A stretch of DNA of 64,000 nt from an uncultured Clostridia bacterium. GTDB taxonomy: Bacteria; Bacillota; Clostridia; Christensenellales; UBA1242. A program made the translations under genes and the position numbers. The stretch covers positions 44,659 to 108,658 of the forward strand of contig CALVNY010000017.1 of the NCBI GenBank assembly GCA_944350085.1, read 5' to 3'. Shown one piece after another: positions 17,688 through 28,014 of the stretch. Position 1 is the stretch's first letter. Each line of letters starts with the position of its first letter. The notes below the pieces were generated by a model that had not been told where the DNA came from, did no database searches, and worked only from the letters and a program-made list of their open reading frames with translations.

Positions 17688-17888
17688 TATAAAAGTTTTT
17701 ATGTAATTTAATTATTGTTTGTCTATTTTGTTTAATTAAAAAATATCATTAATTTTTGAACTATTATTTTTTTAATTTTAATTGAAGTTTATTATATTAA
17801 TATTAAATAGTTATTTGTTTAAATATTTTGATTGTAAAATGAATTATAATTTGTTAAAATATATTAACTATGTTTAGGAGGCAGGAAA

Positions 17889-20800
17889 TTGAACTTTAAA
17901 TATATTGAGGCTGTTGGTTTTAAAAGTTTTGCAGACCCTGTTAAAATCACTTTTGACAATGGAATAACTGCAATAGTTGGACCTAATGGTTGTGGAAAAA
18001 GTAATGTTGCAGATTCTATTAGATGGGTATTAGGTGAACAAAGTTCTAAATTGCTTAGGGCTAGTAACATGCAAGATGTTATTTTTAAGGGAACGGAAAC
18101 AAGAAAAAGTTTGTCTTATTGTGAAGTTTCTTTATGTTTTGATAACACCAACAAAATTTTTAATACGCCATTTGAAGAAATTTTAATTACTCGTAAACTT
18201 TACAGAAATGGGGAAAGTGAATATAGGCTTAATAATGCACCATGTAGGTTAAAAGACATTAGAGATTTGTTGCACGATAGTGGAATTGGCAAAAGTGGAT
18301 ATTCAATAATTGGACAAGGTAAGGTTTCTGAAATTTTAAATAGCAAGCCTGTTGATAGAAGGGCAATGTTTGAAGAAGCAGCAGGTATAGCCAAATTTAA
18401 AGAAAAGAAAATTGAAGCAGAAAGAAAACTACTTAGAACACAAGAAAACTTAATTAGAATAAAAGATGTTTTGGCAGAAATTGAAAGACAATTAGAACCT
18501 TTAAGAAAACAAAGTGAAAATGCAAAAAAATATCTTGAATTAAAAGAACAACTAAAGCTTTTAGAAGTTAATGCTTATATTTATGAATACGACAATGCAA
18601 GCACAAATAAAGAGGCAATTTTAAATAAAATTAAATCTATTGCAGAAGAACTTGGATTTAAGCAAGAAAAGTTGGAAGATGCAGTTAAAAATTACAATGC
18701 TTCATTTGAAAAAATAAACAATATTGACGCCGAAATATCATCACTTCGTGATGAAGTTTTAAATGTTACAGTTGAACTTGAAAAACAAGCAGGTCAAACT
18801 AATGTTATTAAAGAGAAAATTAAGAACATTCAAAGTGACAATTTAAGATTAAATCAAGATTTGGCAAGGGCACAAGAAAACGCAACATTGTATAATAATG
18901 ATTTAACTGAAAAAAATAATTTATTAAATCAAAAAACTCAGGAATTGAGTTCTCTAAAAATTGCAACAGGAGAACTTGAAACAAAATATTCTGCCATTTA
19001 TAATGAATTAAAAACAAACGAAAATGAAGCACAAAAAACTCAACAGGAACTTTTTGAAACTTTAAGTAAATTAGGTGATGTTAAAGCACAGGTTAGTGCT
19101 TTAAAAACTGAAAAGCAAAACTATGCATCAAAAATCAAAGAATTGAATGCCGACAAAATTGAATGTGAAAAACAACATCAAGAAAGTTGCATGCTAAAAC
19201 AAAAAAGTATGTCAACAATAGAAAAGTTGGCCGAAAGTTTAGAAAAACTAAATAAAATTGTTAATGGGCTACTAAACGAGCAAAGAACATATTCAACACA
19301 ACTAAAAGAACTTGAAGCAAATATAAATAACACAAATAGTAATATTTTAAGTTTAGAACACAGAAAAAAATTATTGCTTGATATGCAAAAAGAATATGAA
19401 GGATTTAATGGAAGCGTTAAAAGATTACTTACTGATGCAGATAAAAATGGTGTTTTAAAAAATAAGATTATTGGTGTTTTGGCAAACTTAATTAAAGTTC
19501 CAACAAAATATGAAAATGCAATTGAAATGGCATTAGGAAATGCAGTTAACAACATTGTTACTTTTGACGAACAAGGGGCAAAGGACTTAGTTGCATATTT
19601 AAAACAAAAAGAATATGGCAGAGTAACTTTTTTACCAATAAACACAATAAAGGCACGCAACTTAGATTCTATGTTTAGTAGGTATTTAAACAATGCAGGA
19701 ATTTATGGCGTTGCAAGTGAACTTATAAGTTACGATAGTAATATTGCAAACATTATTAGCAACTTTTTAGGAACAACAGTTGTTGTTGAAAATATGAATA
19801 TTGCAGTAAGTTTGGCAAAAGAAACTAGATATAGTTTTAGAATAGTAACTTTAGACGGAGATATTATTAGCCCACAAGGAAGTATAACTGGTGGTAGCAA
19901 AAAGGCGCAAATTGTAAATTTACTTGGCAGAGAAAGTAATATTGAGCAAACGGCAATAGCAATTTCAAAATTGGTTAAAGAACAAGAAGAATTAATAAAA
20001 CGACAAAACGAGTTAAATTCAAATCTTCAACTAATTGACAGTCAAGTAACTGCAAAAACAAAAGAATTGCATGATCAAGAAATTTTGCGTGCTGCAGAAA
20101 ATGAAAAGTTGGAAAAACTTAATGAAGAATGCTTGTTAAATGAACAAAGAATAAATAAATTAAATTCTGAAATTGCAAAAGCAAACCAAATTTTAAATGG
20201 TATTGAAAATGAATTAGAAAAAATTTCTAATATAAACACAGAATATAAGTCAAACACAGAAAGCAATATGAATATGCAATTAAATATGTTTGACGATTTA
20301 AGAAACAAAAGAGATAGATATGCTGATGAACTTACAACTAACAAAATTAAAGTTGCAAGTGTTGAAAGTGAAATAGTTAACATCAAGGCAGATATTTCTA
20401 GGTTAGAAATTGCAATTAATACAAATAATACTGTTGTTAATGAATGCTTAAAACAAATAGAAGAAAATAACATAAATTTAAGCAAACTTAACGGATTAAC
20501 AGATTCAGTTACAACTGAAAACAATGCAAAAGATTATGAAGAAAGATTGAGAGTTGCAAAAGAGCAATTATCAAAACTTGACGAAATTAAAATTGATAAT
20601 CAAACTACTTTAAAACAACTTGAAGAAGACAGAATGAATTTAAGTGCAGAAGTTGCAAGGCTTCAAGATAAAAAATATCAACAAGAACTTAGTTTAACAA
20701 AAGTTGACACAGATATTGAACAAATGCAAGAAAGGGTTTGGACAGAATACGAATTAACATATTCAACAGCGTTGGAATATAAGCAAGAGTTCTTTGATTT

Positions 20801-21473
20801 AAAACAAGGGCTACAAAACATTACAAAAATTAAAAAAGAAATTAGTTCCTTAGGTTATATAAATGTAAATGCTATTGAAGATTACAAGGCTTTGCAAGAG
20901 CGACATGGTGGAATGGATGTTCAAGCACAAGACTTAATTAAAGCAGAAGATGATTTAAAGAAAATAATTAAAGAATTGTCTAATGAAATGATTAATAGGT
21001 TTGAAACCGAATTTAACAAAATAAATGAAAACTTTGGTAAAGTGTTTAAAGAATTGTTTGGTGGCGGAAGTGCAAGCCTAGAACTAGAAAAGGGTGAAGA
21101 TGTTTTGGAAGCAGGTGTTATAATTAAAGCAAATCCACCTGGAAAAAACTTAAACAACATTTCATTACTTTCTGGTGGAGAGCAAGCATTAACAGCTATT
21201 GCAATTTTGTTTGCAATTTTAAGATTAAAACCAATGCCATTCTGTTTGCTTGATGAAATTGAAGCACCATTAGATGAAGCAAATGTTGATAGGTTTGCAA
21301 GATACTTAAAAAGATATTCAAACGAAACTCAATTTATTGTTATAACACACAAGAAAACAACTATGGAATATGCCGATGCACTATTTGGTGTTACAATGGA
21401 AGAAAAAGGCGTAAGTAAAATTGTTAGTGTAAAATTAAAAGATGCAATTGCATCAACAAGCGAGGGTAAATAA
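17889..21473 (+). CDS. smc: chromosome segregation protein SMC
   Basis: 1194 aa. Walker A GPNGCGKSN, long coiled coils with a central hinge, signature LSGGEQALTA, Walker B CLLDEIEAPLD. TTG start 7 nt after AGGAGG. Confidence 0.96.
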   Translation: MNFKYIEAVGFKSFADPVKITFDNGITAIVGPNGCGKSNVADSIRWVLGEQSSKLLRASNMQDVIFKGTETRKSLSYCEVSLCFDNTNKIFNTPFEEILITRKLYRNGESEYRLNNAPCRLKDIRDLLHDSGIGKSGYSIIGQGKVSEILNSKPVDRRAMFEEAAGIAKFKEKKIEAERKLLRTQENLIRIKDVLAEIERQLEPLRKQSENAKKYLELKEQLKLLEVNAYIYEYDNASTNKEAILNKIKSIAEELGFKQEKLEDAVKNYNASFEKINNIDAEISSLRDEVLNVTVELEKQAGQTNVIKEKIKNIQSDNLRLNQDLARAQENATLYNNDLTEKNNLLNQKTQELSSLKIATGELETKYSAIYNELKTNENEAQKTQQELFETLSKLGDVKAQVSALKTEKQNYASKIKELNADKIECEKQHQESCMLKQKSMSTIEKLAESLEKLNKIVNGLLNEQRTYSTQLKELEANINNTNSNILSLEHRKKLLLDMQKEYEGFNGSVKRLLTDADKNGVLKNKIIGVLANLIKVPTKYENAIEMALGNAVNNIVTFDEQGAKDLVAYLKQKEYGRVTFLPINTIKARNLDSMFSRYLNNAGIYGVASELISYDSNIANIISNFLGTTVVVENMNIAVSLAKETRYSFRIVTLDGDIISPQGSITGGSKKAQIVNLLGRESNIEQTAIAISKLVKEQEELIKRQNELNSNLQLIDSQVTAKTKELHDQEILRAAENEKLEKLNEECLLNEQRINKLNSEIAKANQILNGIENELEKISNINTEYKSNTESNMNMQLNMFDDLRNKRDRYADELTTNKIKVASVESEIVNIKADISRLEIAINTNNTVVNECLKQIEENNINLSKLNGLTDSVTTENNAKDYEERLRVAKEQLSKLDEIKIDNQTTLKQLEEDRMNLSAEVARLQDKKYQQELSLTKVDTDIEQMQERVWTEYELTYSTALEYKQEFFDLKQGLQNITKIKKEISSLGYINVNAIEDYKALQERHGGMDVQAQDLIKAEDDLKKIIKELSNEMINRFETEFNKINENFGKVFKELFGGGSASLELEKGEDVLEAGVIIKANPPGKNLNNISLLSGGEQALTAIAILFAILRLKPMPFCLLDEIEAPLDEANVDRFARYLKRYSNETQFIVITHKKTTMEYADALFGVTMEEKGVSKIVSVKLKDAIASTSEGK

Positions 21474-22360
21474 TGGGATTCTTTTCTAAACTATTTAATG
21501 GTTTAAAGAAAACAAAAGATGCCATTGCAAGTAAAATTAGTTATTTGTTTAAAGGCGAATTAAATGAAGATTTTTATGAAGAACTTGAATTTGCTTTAAT
21601 ATCAAGCGATATGGGAGTAAAAGCAGTTGAAGAAATAATTGCCGAATTAAAATCTATTGCTAAAAAGAAACATATTAAACAAGCCGAAGAATTAAAACAA
21701 GAACTTAGAAATGTTATGGCTGAAATGCTAAAAGATGAAAGCAAAGATTTAGAATATCCATGCTTAATTACTTTTGTTGGAGTTAATGGTGTTGGAAAAA
21801 CAACAGCAATTGGTAAAATTGCAAATATGTATAAAAACCAAGGAAAAAGTGTTTTAATGGTTGCTGGCGACACATTTAGAGCAGCAGCAAGTGACCAATT
21901 AACAGAATGGAGCAAAAGGGTTGGAGTAAGGATTGTTAAATATTCCGAAGGTACTGACCCGGGTGCTGTTGTGTTTGATGGAATCACAAGTGCAAAAGCC
22001 AAAGGAAATGATGTTGTGTTGGTTGACACTGCTGGAAGGCTTCAAAATAAAAGCAATTTAATGGATGAATTAAAAAAGATTGATAAAATTATTTCAAACA
22101 AATGGGAGTACAACACTAGAAACTATTTGGTAATTGATGCAACAACTGGACAAAATGCCTTAAGCCAAGTTGAAATATTTAATCAAGCAATAGGAATTGA
22201 TGGAATTATATTAACAAAACTTGACGGAACAAGCAAAGGTGGAATTGTTTTTGCAATAAAAAAGGAATATAATATTCCAATTAAATATGTTGGAGTTGGT
22301 GAAGGGGTTGATGACCTTCAACCATTTGATGCAGAAGAATTTGCAAATAATATTATTTAA
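21473..22360 (+). CDS. ftsY: signal recognition particle receptor FtsY
   Basis: NG domain with GVNGVGKTT, DTAGR and TKLDG. The ATG overlaps the smc stop (TAATG). Confidence 0.95.
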   Translation: MGFFSKLFNGLKKTKDAIASKISYLFKGELNEDFYEELEFALISSDMGVKAVEEIIAELKSIAKKKHIKQAEELKQELRNVMAEMLKDESKDLEYPCLITFVGVNGVGKTTAIGKIANMYKNQGKSVLMVAGDTFRAAASDQLTEWSKRVGVRIVKYSEGTDPGAVVFDGITSAKAKGNDVVLVDTAGRLQNKSNLMDELKKIDKIISNKWEYNTRNYLVIDATTGQNALSQVEIFNQAIGIDGIILTKLDGTSKGGIVFAIKKEYNIPIKYVGVGEGVDDLQPFDAEEFANNII

Positions 22361-22361
22361 A

Positions 22362-22390
22362 ATAAAGGGCAAATGCTCTTTATTTTTTTA
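22362..22390 (+). terminator. rho-independent terminator after ftsY
   Basis: ATAAAGGGC (22362-22370) / GCTCTTTAT (22375-22383) with one G-U pair, then T7. Confidence 0.65.
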
Positions 22391-22398
22391 AAATATTG

Positions 22399-22427
22399 TT
22401 GACATTAATATAATATACTTGTATAAT
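22399..22427 (+). promoter_or_regulatory. sigma-A-type promoter TTGACA-17-TATAAT (ylxM-ffh)
   Basis: Perfect consensus hexamers at 22399-22404 and 22422-22427, directly after the ftsY terminator. Confidence 0.6.
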
Positions 22428-22464
22428 ACAATGTAAAGTAAAAATACTTTACACTAAACGAATT

Positions 22465-22791
22465 ATGAATCTGGATAAAAATGATGAAATTTGCAATTTA
22501 ATAGATACTTATTCAAGTATGTTAACGGAAAGGCAAAAAGATGTTTTGCACGATTATTATTTTTTAAATTTATCATTGTCAGAAATTGCAGAAAATTATG
22601 ACATTACTCGTCAAGCAATTAAAGATATTTTAGACAGAGGACTAAACCAATGTTATAATTTTGAAGAAAAATTGCACATTTATTCTAATTTATTAAAGAC
22701 AAGGCAAAAATTAAATAAAATTTTGCAGTTGAATGATATTAATAAAATAAAAGAAGAAATAATTAATATCATAAACGATTTGGAGGTTTAA
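22465..22791 (+). CDS. ylxM: YlxM-family (UPF0122) putative DNA-binding protein
   Basis: 108-aa HTH-like protein immediately upstream of, and overlapping, ffh (TAATG). This is the conserved ylxM-ffh arrangement. Confidence 0.8.
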   Translation: MNLDKNDEICNLIDTYSSMLTERQKDVLHDYYFLNLSLSEIAENYDITRQAIKDILDRGLNQCYNFEEKLHIYSNLLKTRQKLNKILQLNDINKIKEEIINIINDLEV

Positions 22792-24113
22792 TGGCATTTG
22801 CAAGTTTAAGTGAAAAATTAAATCATATTTTTAGCAAACTAACAAAAAGAGGCAAACTTACCGAACTTGAAATTAAACAGGCTATGCGTGAAATTAGAAT
22901 TGCATTGCTAGAAGCCGATGTTAATTACACAGTGGTTAAAGATTTAGTAAATAATATAAGTGAAAAAGCAGTTGGTGAAACTGTTTTAAAAAGTTTAACT
23001 CCTGGCCAGCAAGTTGTTAAAATTGTTAATGAAGAATTAACAAAAATAATGGGTAATACAAACTCAAAATTGGCTATTGCTCCAAAGCCACCAACCGTAA
23101 TATTAATGTGTGGTTTGCAAGGTGCAGGTAAAACAACGATGTGTGGAAAACTTGCTAAACTTTTGAAAAAGCAAGGTAAAAAACCAGTGCTTGTTGCATG
23201 CGACATATATAGACCTGCAGCAATTAATCAATTAAAAGTTTTGGGGAAACAGGTTGATGTGCCTGTTTACGATGAAGGAACAAACAAACCATATAAAACA
23301 GTTCAAAGTGCAATTAAATTAGCAGACAAAAATGGTTATGATACGATAATTATTGACACAGCAGGAAGACTTCACATAAATCAAGAATTAATTGATGAAT
23401 TAAAAGATATTAAAAAGGTTGTAAAACCAGACGAAATTTTGTTGGTTCTAGATGCAATGAGTGGTCAAGATGCAGTTACCGTTGCCGAAACATTTAATAA
23501 CGAATTGGAAATAACGGGTGTTATTTTAACAAAACTTGATGGTGACACTCGTGGTGGTGCTGCACTTAGCATTAAAGCAGTTACTGGAAAGCCAATTAAA
23601 TTTTGTGGAGTTGGCGAAAAGTTAGATGATATTGAACCATTTTACCCAGATAGAATGGCAAGTAGAATTTTAGGCATGGGTGATGTGCTTACTTTAATTG
23701 AAAAAGCACAAGAAGCAGTAAGTGAAGAAGAAGCAAAAAAGTTAGAAAAAAAACTTAGAGAAAATTCATTTACATTTGAAGATTATTTAGTTCAAATGGA
23801 ACAGTTAAACAAAATGGGCGATTTGGGCGATTTGTTGAATATGATTCCAGGGGCAAGTAATTTGAAAATTAACAAAAACGCAATTGATGAAAAACAATTG
23901 GATAGAAACAAAGCAATAATTTATAGTATGACTAAAAAAGAAAGGCAAAATCCAGATATAATCAATGGTAGCAGAAGAAAAAGAATTGCATTAGGTTCTG
24001 GAACATCTATTCAAGAAGTTAATTCATTATTGAAAAATTTTGCTGCGGCAAAAGACATGATGAAGAAACTAAACAACAAAAAAGGATTTGGTGGGTTTAG
24101 ATTTCCATTTTAA
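22791..24113 (+). CDS. ffh: signal recognition particle protein Ffh
   Basis: GLQGAGKTT, DTAGR, TKLDGD and a Met-rich M domain. Confidence 0.97.
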   Translation: MAFASLSEKLNHIFSKLTKRGKLTELEIKQAMREIRIALLEADVNYTVVKDLVNNISEKAVGETVLKSLTPGQQVVKIVNEELTKIMGNTNSKLAIAPKPPTVILMCGLQGAGKTTMCGKLAKLLKKQGKKPVLVACDIYRPAAINQLKVLGKQVDVPVYDEGTNKPYKTVQSAIKLADKNGYDTIIIDTAGRLHINQELIDELKDIKKVVKPDEILLVLDAMSGQDAVTVAETFNNELEITGVILTKLDGDTRGGAALSIKAVTGKPIKFCGVGEKLDDIEPFYPDRMASRILGMGDVLTLIEKAQEAVSEEEAKKLEKKLRENSFTFEDYLVQMEQLNKMGDLGDLLNMIPGASNLKINKNAIDEKQLDRNKAIIYSMTKKERQNPDIINGSRRKRIALGSGTSIQEVNSLLKNFAAAKDMMKKLNNKKGFGGFRFPF

Positions 24114-24183
24114 TTAAGTTTTTAAATTTTTTATTAAAAAAATTAAATATATATTATAAATAAAACAAAAGGAGAAAACAAAA

Positions 24184-24483
24184 ATGGCAGTAAAAATTAG
24201 ATTAACAAGACTAGGAGACAAAAAATCACCTTTTTATAGGGTAGTAGTAACAGATTCAAGGAAAGCAAGAGATGGTGCTTATATTGAAAATTTGGGCACA
24301 TACAATCCACTTGTAAACCCTGCAGAAATCAAAATCAATGAAGAACGCGCTAAATATTGGTTAGGAGTTGGTGCTCAACCTACTGAAACAGCAAGAAACT
24401 TATTAGTTAAAAGCAATATTTTAGCACAAAAAACAACAAAAAGTGCTCCTCGTTCAGATAAAAAGAAAAAAGAAAGCAAATAG
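24184..24483 (+). CDS. rpsP: 30S ribosomal protein S16
   Basis: [23 protein letters not shown]-terminus. RBS AAGGAG. Confidence 0.96.
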   Translation: MAVKIRLTRLGDKKSPFYRVVVTDSRKARDGAYIENLGTYNPLVNPAEIKINEERAKYWLGVGAQPTETARNLLVKSNILAQKTTKSAPRSDKKKKESK

Positions 24484-24500
24484 TAAAATAGGAGCATAAT

Positions 24501-24746
24501 ATGGAAGAATTAGTAAAATATATTGTTACACAATTAGTTTTACATCCAGAAGATGTTACTGTTTCAATGAAAGAGGAAAGCGAAAAAGTTAGCGTTATTA
24601 CCGTTTCAACTAATGCCGAAGATTTGGGCAGAGTAATTGGTAAAAATGGTAAAATTGCTAGCAGCATCCGCACAATTGTAAAAAGTAAATCTAGTAAAAT
24701 GAGAAAAAGATATATTGTTAAATTTGTAGAAAAAGTGCAAGAGTAA
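24501..24746 (+). CDS. KH-domain RNA-binding protein (YlqC/UPF0109)
   Basis: 81 aa with a GxxG KH motif (GRVIGKNGKIASSIR), between rpsP and rimM. Confidence 0.85.
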   Translation: MEELVKYIVTQLVLHPEDVTVSMKEESEKVSVITVSTNAEDLGRVIGKNGKIASSIRTIVKSKSSKMRKRYIVKFVEKVQE

Positions 24747-24781
24747 TTGTTCTCTTACTCTTTTTTGTATTATGGAGAATT

Positions 24782-25285
24782 ATGGGAAAAATTGTTATAG
24801 GAATAGTTGCAAAACCACAGGGTCTAAAAGGCGAAATTAAAATTAATCCAATTACTGATGACATTAATAGATTTAAAAAACTAAAAAATATTTATTTAAA
24901 TAACACAAAATATGAAGTTGAAAATGTAAGCATTAGAGGCGGATTTGTTGTTATAAAATTAAAAAACATAAATTCAATTGAAGAAGTTGAAAGGTTTAGG
25001 CAATGCAATGTTGAAATTGATAGAGACGATGCAGTTGAACTAAAAGAAAATGAATATTTTATGGTTGATTTAATTGGAGCAAAATTAATAACCGAAGATG
25101 GCACAATGCTTGGAACAATTAAATATTTCGATAAATTCGGTAGCTCATTTGTTGCAACTGTTACAGATTCTATTTCAAATAAGGAATTTATGTTTCCATT
25201 TATTAATGATGTTTTAGTTAAAGTTGATGCTGAAAATAAAATTGTAGTGGTTGACGGAATAAAATTAGAAGAGGTTAAAGTATGA
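24782..25285 (+). CDS. rimM: 16S rRNA processing protein RimM
   Basis: 167 aa. The GIVAKPQGLKGEIKI N-terminus is typical of RimM, and the gene overlaps trmD (ATGA). Confidence 0.9.
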   Translation: MGKIVIGIVAKPQGLKGEIKINPITDDINRFKKLKNIYLNNTKYEVENVSIRGGFVVIKLKNINSIEEVERFRQCNVEIDRDDAVELKENEYFMVDLIGAKLITEDGTMLGTIKYFDKFGSSFVATVTDSISNKEFMFPFINDVLVKVDAENKIVVVDGIKLEEVKV

Positions 25286-25962
25286 AAATTGATATTTTAA
25301 CCTTGTTTCCTGAATCTTTTGAGTATTTTAATTCAAGTGTAATTAAAAAGGCAAAAGAAAAAGGTTTGGTTGAGATTAATATAATAAACATAAGAGATTT
25401 TTCAACTAACAAACATAAAACAGTTGATGATTATCCTTTTAGTGGTGGGCAGGGAATGCTTATGATGTGTCAACCATTATTTGATGCAATAAATAGTGTA
25501 AAAACAAGTGATTCTTATGTAATTTATTTTTCGCCAAAAGGCAGAACATTAAAGCAAAATTATGTACATACACTATATGAAAAACATAATCATCTTATTT
25601 TGGTTTGTGGACATTATGAAGGCATTGATGAAAGAATTATTGAACTTTGTGTTGACGAGCAAATTAGCATTGGCGATTATGTTTTAACTGGTGGGGAACT
25701 TCCTGCTATGGTTTTAACTGATGCTGTTTTAAGATATATCCCAGAAGTGTTGGGCAATGAAAATAGTGCAGTAGATGAAAGTTTTAGTGACAATTTGCTT
25801 GAATATCCACAATACACCAGACCTGCTGAATTTATGGGATTAAAGGTGCCAGAAGTTTTGCTTAGTGGCAATCACAAAGAAATTGAAAAATGGAAACAAG
25901 AGCAACGCATTTTACAAACAAAAAAATATAGACCTGATTTGCTAGATGACACAAAAAAATAA
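25282..25962 (+). CDS. trmD: tRNA (guanine37-N1)-methyltransferase TrmD
   Basis: 226 aa. ILTLFPE..., GHYEGIDERI, SIGDYVLTGGELPAMV. Confidence 0.95.
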   Translation: MKIDILTLFPESFEYFNSSVIKKAKEKGLVEINIINIRDFSTNKHKTVDDYPFSGGQGMLMMCQPLFDAINSVKTSDSYVIYFSPKGRTLKQNYVHTLYEKHNHLILVCGHYEGIDERIIELCVDEQISIGDYVLTGGELPAMVLTDAVLRYIPEVLGNENSAVDESFSDNLLEYPQYTRPAEFMGLKVPEVLLSGNHKEIEKWKQEQRILQTKKYRPDLLDDTKK

Positions 25963-26057
25963 TGTAATCAAAATTATATTATAAAATTATTTTTATAGTT
26001 AAAAATGAAGTTAATATAATTGAAAAATTTAAAAATATGTGATTTTAAGGTGATAAA

Positions 26058-26969
26058 ATGCAAGAAAATGAACTTTACAAAACTAATATAAATTGGTTTC
26101 CTGGACATATGACAAAAGCACTAAGAATGATGGAAAAGGAAATTAAAATTGTTGATGCAATAATATATGTTCTAGATAGTAGAGCACCTTTTTCTTGTGT
26201 AAATCCTAAATTAAATTCATTGGTAAATGGAAAGCCAATAATTTACATTTTAAATAAAGCAGATTTAGCAAATGAAGCCCTTAATAAAGAATGGTTGGCT
26301 TATTTTAATAGTAAACAAAATGCAAAATGCGTAATGCTTTCAAGTGTTGAAAGTGGTAGCACAAAAATTATTGAATCTGCCGTAAAAGAAATGTTAAAAC
26401 CAAAAATTGAAAAATATAAAAATAAAAATATTTCAATTAATTTAAGGGCAATGGTTATTGGGGTTCCAAATAGTGGCAAAAGCACTTTAATTAACAATTT
26501 ATGTGGCAAGGCAAAGGCAATAACAGGCAATAAACCGGGTGTAACAAAGGGCAAACAATGGGTAAAAATTGCAAGTGGGTTAGAAATTTTAGATACCCCG
26601 GGTACACTATGGCCAGCATTTGATAATAATATTGTTGCTCATCATTTAGCATATATTGGAAGCATTAAAGAAGAAGTTTTAGATATTCCAACATTAAGCC
26701 TTGATTTTATTAATGATGTTAATAGAATTGATGAAAATATTTTAAAAAATAGATACAAAATAGATTTTGATAAAAGCAATACAGCACTAGAAATTTTAGA
26801 AAAAATTTGTGTGGCTCGTGGTTATAAACTAAAAGGTGATGAATTAGATTATGATAGAGGTGCTTATGCTTTAATTAATGATTTTAAACAAACAAAGCTT
26901 GGTAGAATTACATTAGAAAAAGTTAGTGACATAAAATTATTAACAAAAAAAGATAGAGTGCAAAAATGA
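26058..26969 (+). CDS. rbgA: ribosome biogenesis GTPase A (YlqF/RbgA)
   Basis: Circularly permuted GTPase with WFPGHMTKA, NKADL and GVPNSGKST. Confidence 0.9.
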   Translation: MQENELYKTNINWFPGHMTKALRMMEKEIKIVDAIIYVLDSRAPFSCVNPKLNSLVNGKPIIYILNKADLANEALNKEWLAYFNSKQNAKCVMLSSVESGSTKIIESAVKEMLKPKIEKYKNKNISINLRAMVIGVPNSGKSTLINNLCGKAKAITGNKPGVTKGKQWVKIASGLEILDTPGTLWPAFDNNIVAHHLAYIGSIKEEVLDIPTLSLDFINDVNRIDENILKNRYKIDFDKSNTALEILEKICVARGYKLKGDELDYDRGAYALINDFKQTKLGRITLEKVSDIKLLTKKDRVQK

Positions 26970-27580
26970 CAGAATTAGTAGATTTTGATAAACAATATTT
27001 AAGTGAAACAATAAAATATATTTCAGGCACTGATGAAGCAGGCAGAGGACCACTAGCAGGACCTGTGTGTATTGCAAGTGTAATTATGCCATTAGACAAA
27101 ACTATTGATGGTGTAAATGATAGCAAAAAATTAAGTGAAAAGAAAAGGGAAGCATTATTTCAAAAAATTATTGATTACGCAATTTCATATTCTATAGTTT
27201 TTGTTGATGAAAACAGAATTGATGAAATAAATATTTTAAATGCAACAAAAGAAGGAATGCTAAAAAGTTTAAAATCCTTAAATATTAAACCAGATTTGTC
27301 ACTTATTGATGCTGTTAAATTTGAATCAGATTTTAACACTTTGCCAATAATTCGTGGAGATGCAAAAAGTTATAATATTGCTTGTGCTAGCATTTTGGCA
27401 AAAGTAAGTAGGGATAGATATATTTGTGAAATTGCCGACGACTATCCTAATTATAATTTTAAAAAAAATAAAGGATATGGCACAAAAGAACATATTGAAG
27501 CATTAAAAAAATATGGTGCATGCAAAATACATAGAGAAACATATTTAAAAAATTTTAAGGTAAGTAAATATGAAAAATAA
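26966..27580 (+). CDS. rnhB: ribonuclease HII
   Basis: GTDEAGRGPLAGPV catalytic motif and DSKKLS. Confidence 0.93.
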   Translation: MTELVDFDKQYLSETIKYISGTDEAGRGPLAGPVCIASVIMPLDKTIDGVNDSKKLSEKKREALFQKIIDYAISYSIVFVDENRIDEINILNATKEGMLKSLKSLNIKPDLSLIDAVKFESDFNTLPIIRGDAKSYNIACASILAKVSRDRYICEIADDYPNYNFKKNKGYGTKEHIEALKKYGACKIHRETYLKNFKVSKYEK

Positions 27581-27917
27581 TTTTATATTAGGAGATTATG
27601 GCGAAAATAAAGCAACAGACTTTCTAAAATCTTTAAAATATAAAATAATAGATACAAAATATAAAAATTGTATTGGCGAAATTGATATAGTGTGCTTTGA
27701 CAAAAAAGAAAAGACTTATGTTTTTGTTGAAGTGAAAACTAGAACCACTAATAAATTTGGATTGCCCAGAGAAGCAGTGGATAAAAATAAACAAAATAAA
27801 ATAAGATTAGTTGCAACTGAATATGCAAAAAGCCATAAAATTTTTAATAAAAAAATGCGTTTTGATGTGATAGAAATAGTGGATAACAATATAACACATA
27901 TAAAAAATGCATTTTGA
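27570..27917 (+). CDS. YraN-family (UPF0102) endonuclease-like protein
   Basis: 115 aa. GEIDIVCFDKKEKTYVFVEVKTR is a restriction-endonuclease-like core typical of YraN. Confidence 0.85.
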   Translation: MKNNFILGDYGENKATDFLKSLKYKIIDTKYKNCIGEIDIVCFDKKEKTYVFVEVKTRTTNKFGLPREAVDKNKQNKIRLVATEYAKSHKIFNKKMRFDVIEIVDNNITHIKNAF

Positions 27918-27979
27918 ATATAATAATAGTAAAAAAGGCTGAAATTAACTGATTTTTTATATATTTTATAAAAAAATAC

Positions 27980-28008
27980 TTGTAATATATAAACAAATAT
28001 GCTATTAT
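27980..28008 (+). promoter_or_regulatory. sigma-A-type promoter TTGTAA-17-TATTAT (rplS)
   Basis: Hexamers at 27980-27985 and 28003-28008. Confidence 0.45.
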
Positions 28009-28014
28009 GTAATA

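Noticed and set aside
19178-19693. 171-aa antisense ORF inside smc. Similar long antisense ORFs occur at 20075-20524 (smc), 21574-22029 (ftsY), 33485-33865 (trmFO), 35320-35700 (hslU), 39701-40102 (tcdA), 51193-51594 (ylxQ/infB), 52410-52841 (infB) and 59326-59907 (spoIIIAE).
   Set aside because: Each lies entirely within a strongly supported sense gene. Their translations are low-complexity (Ser/Leu/Phe/Ile rich), and they lack an RBS or any recognisable motif. They are typical shadow ORFs of the complementary frame.
24114-24183. AT-only palindrome (AATTTTTTATTAAAAAAATT) between ffh and rpsP as a possible terminator or operator.
   Set aside because: The stem is purely A-U with negligible stability, and such palindromes are expected by chance in DNA this AT-rich.
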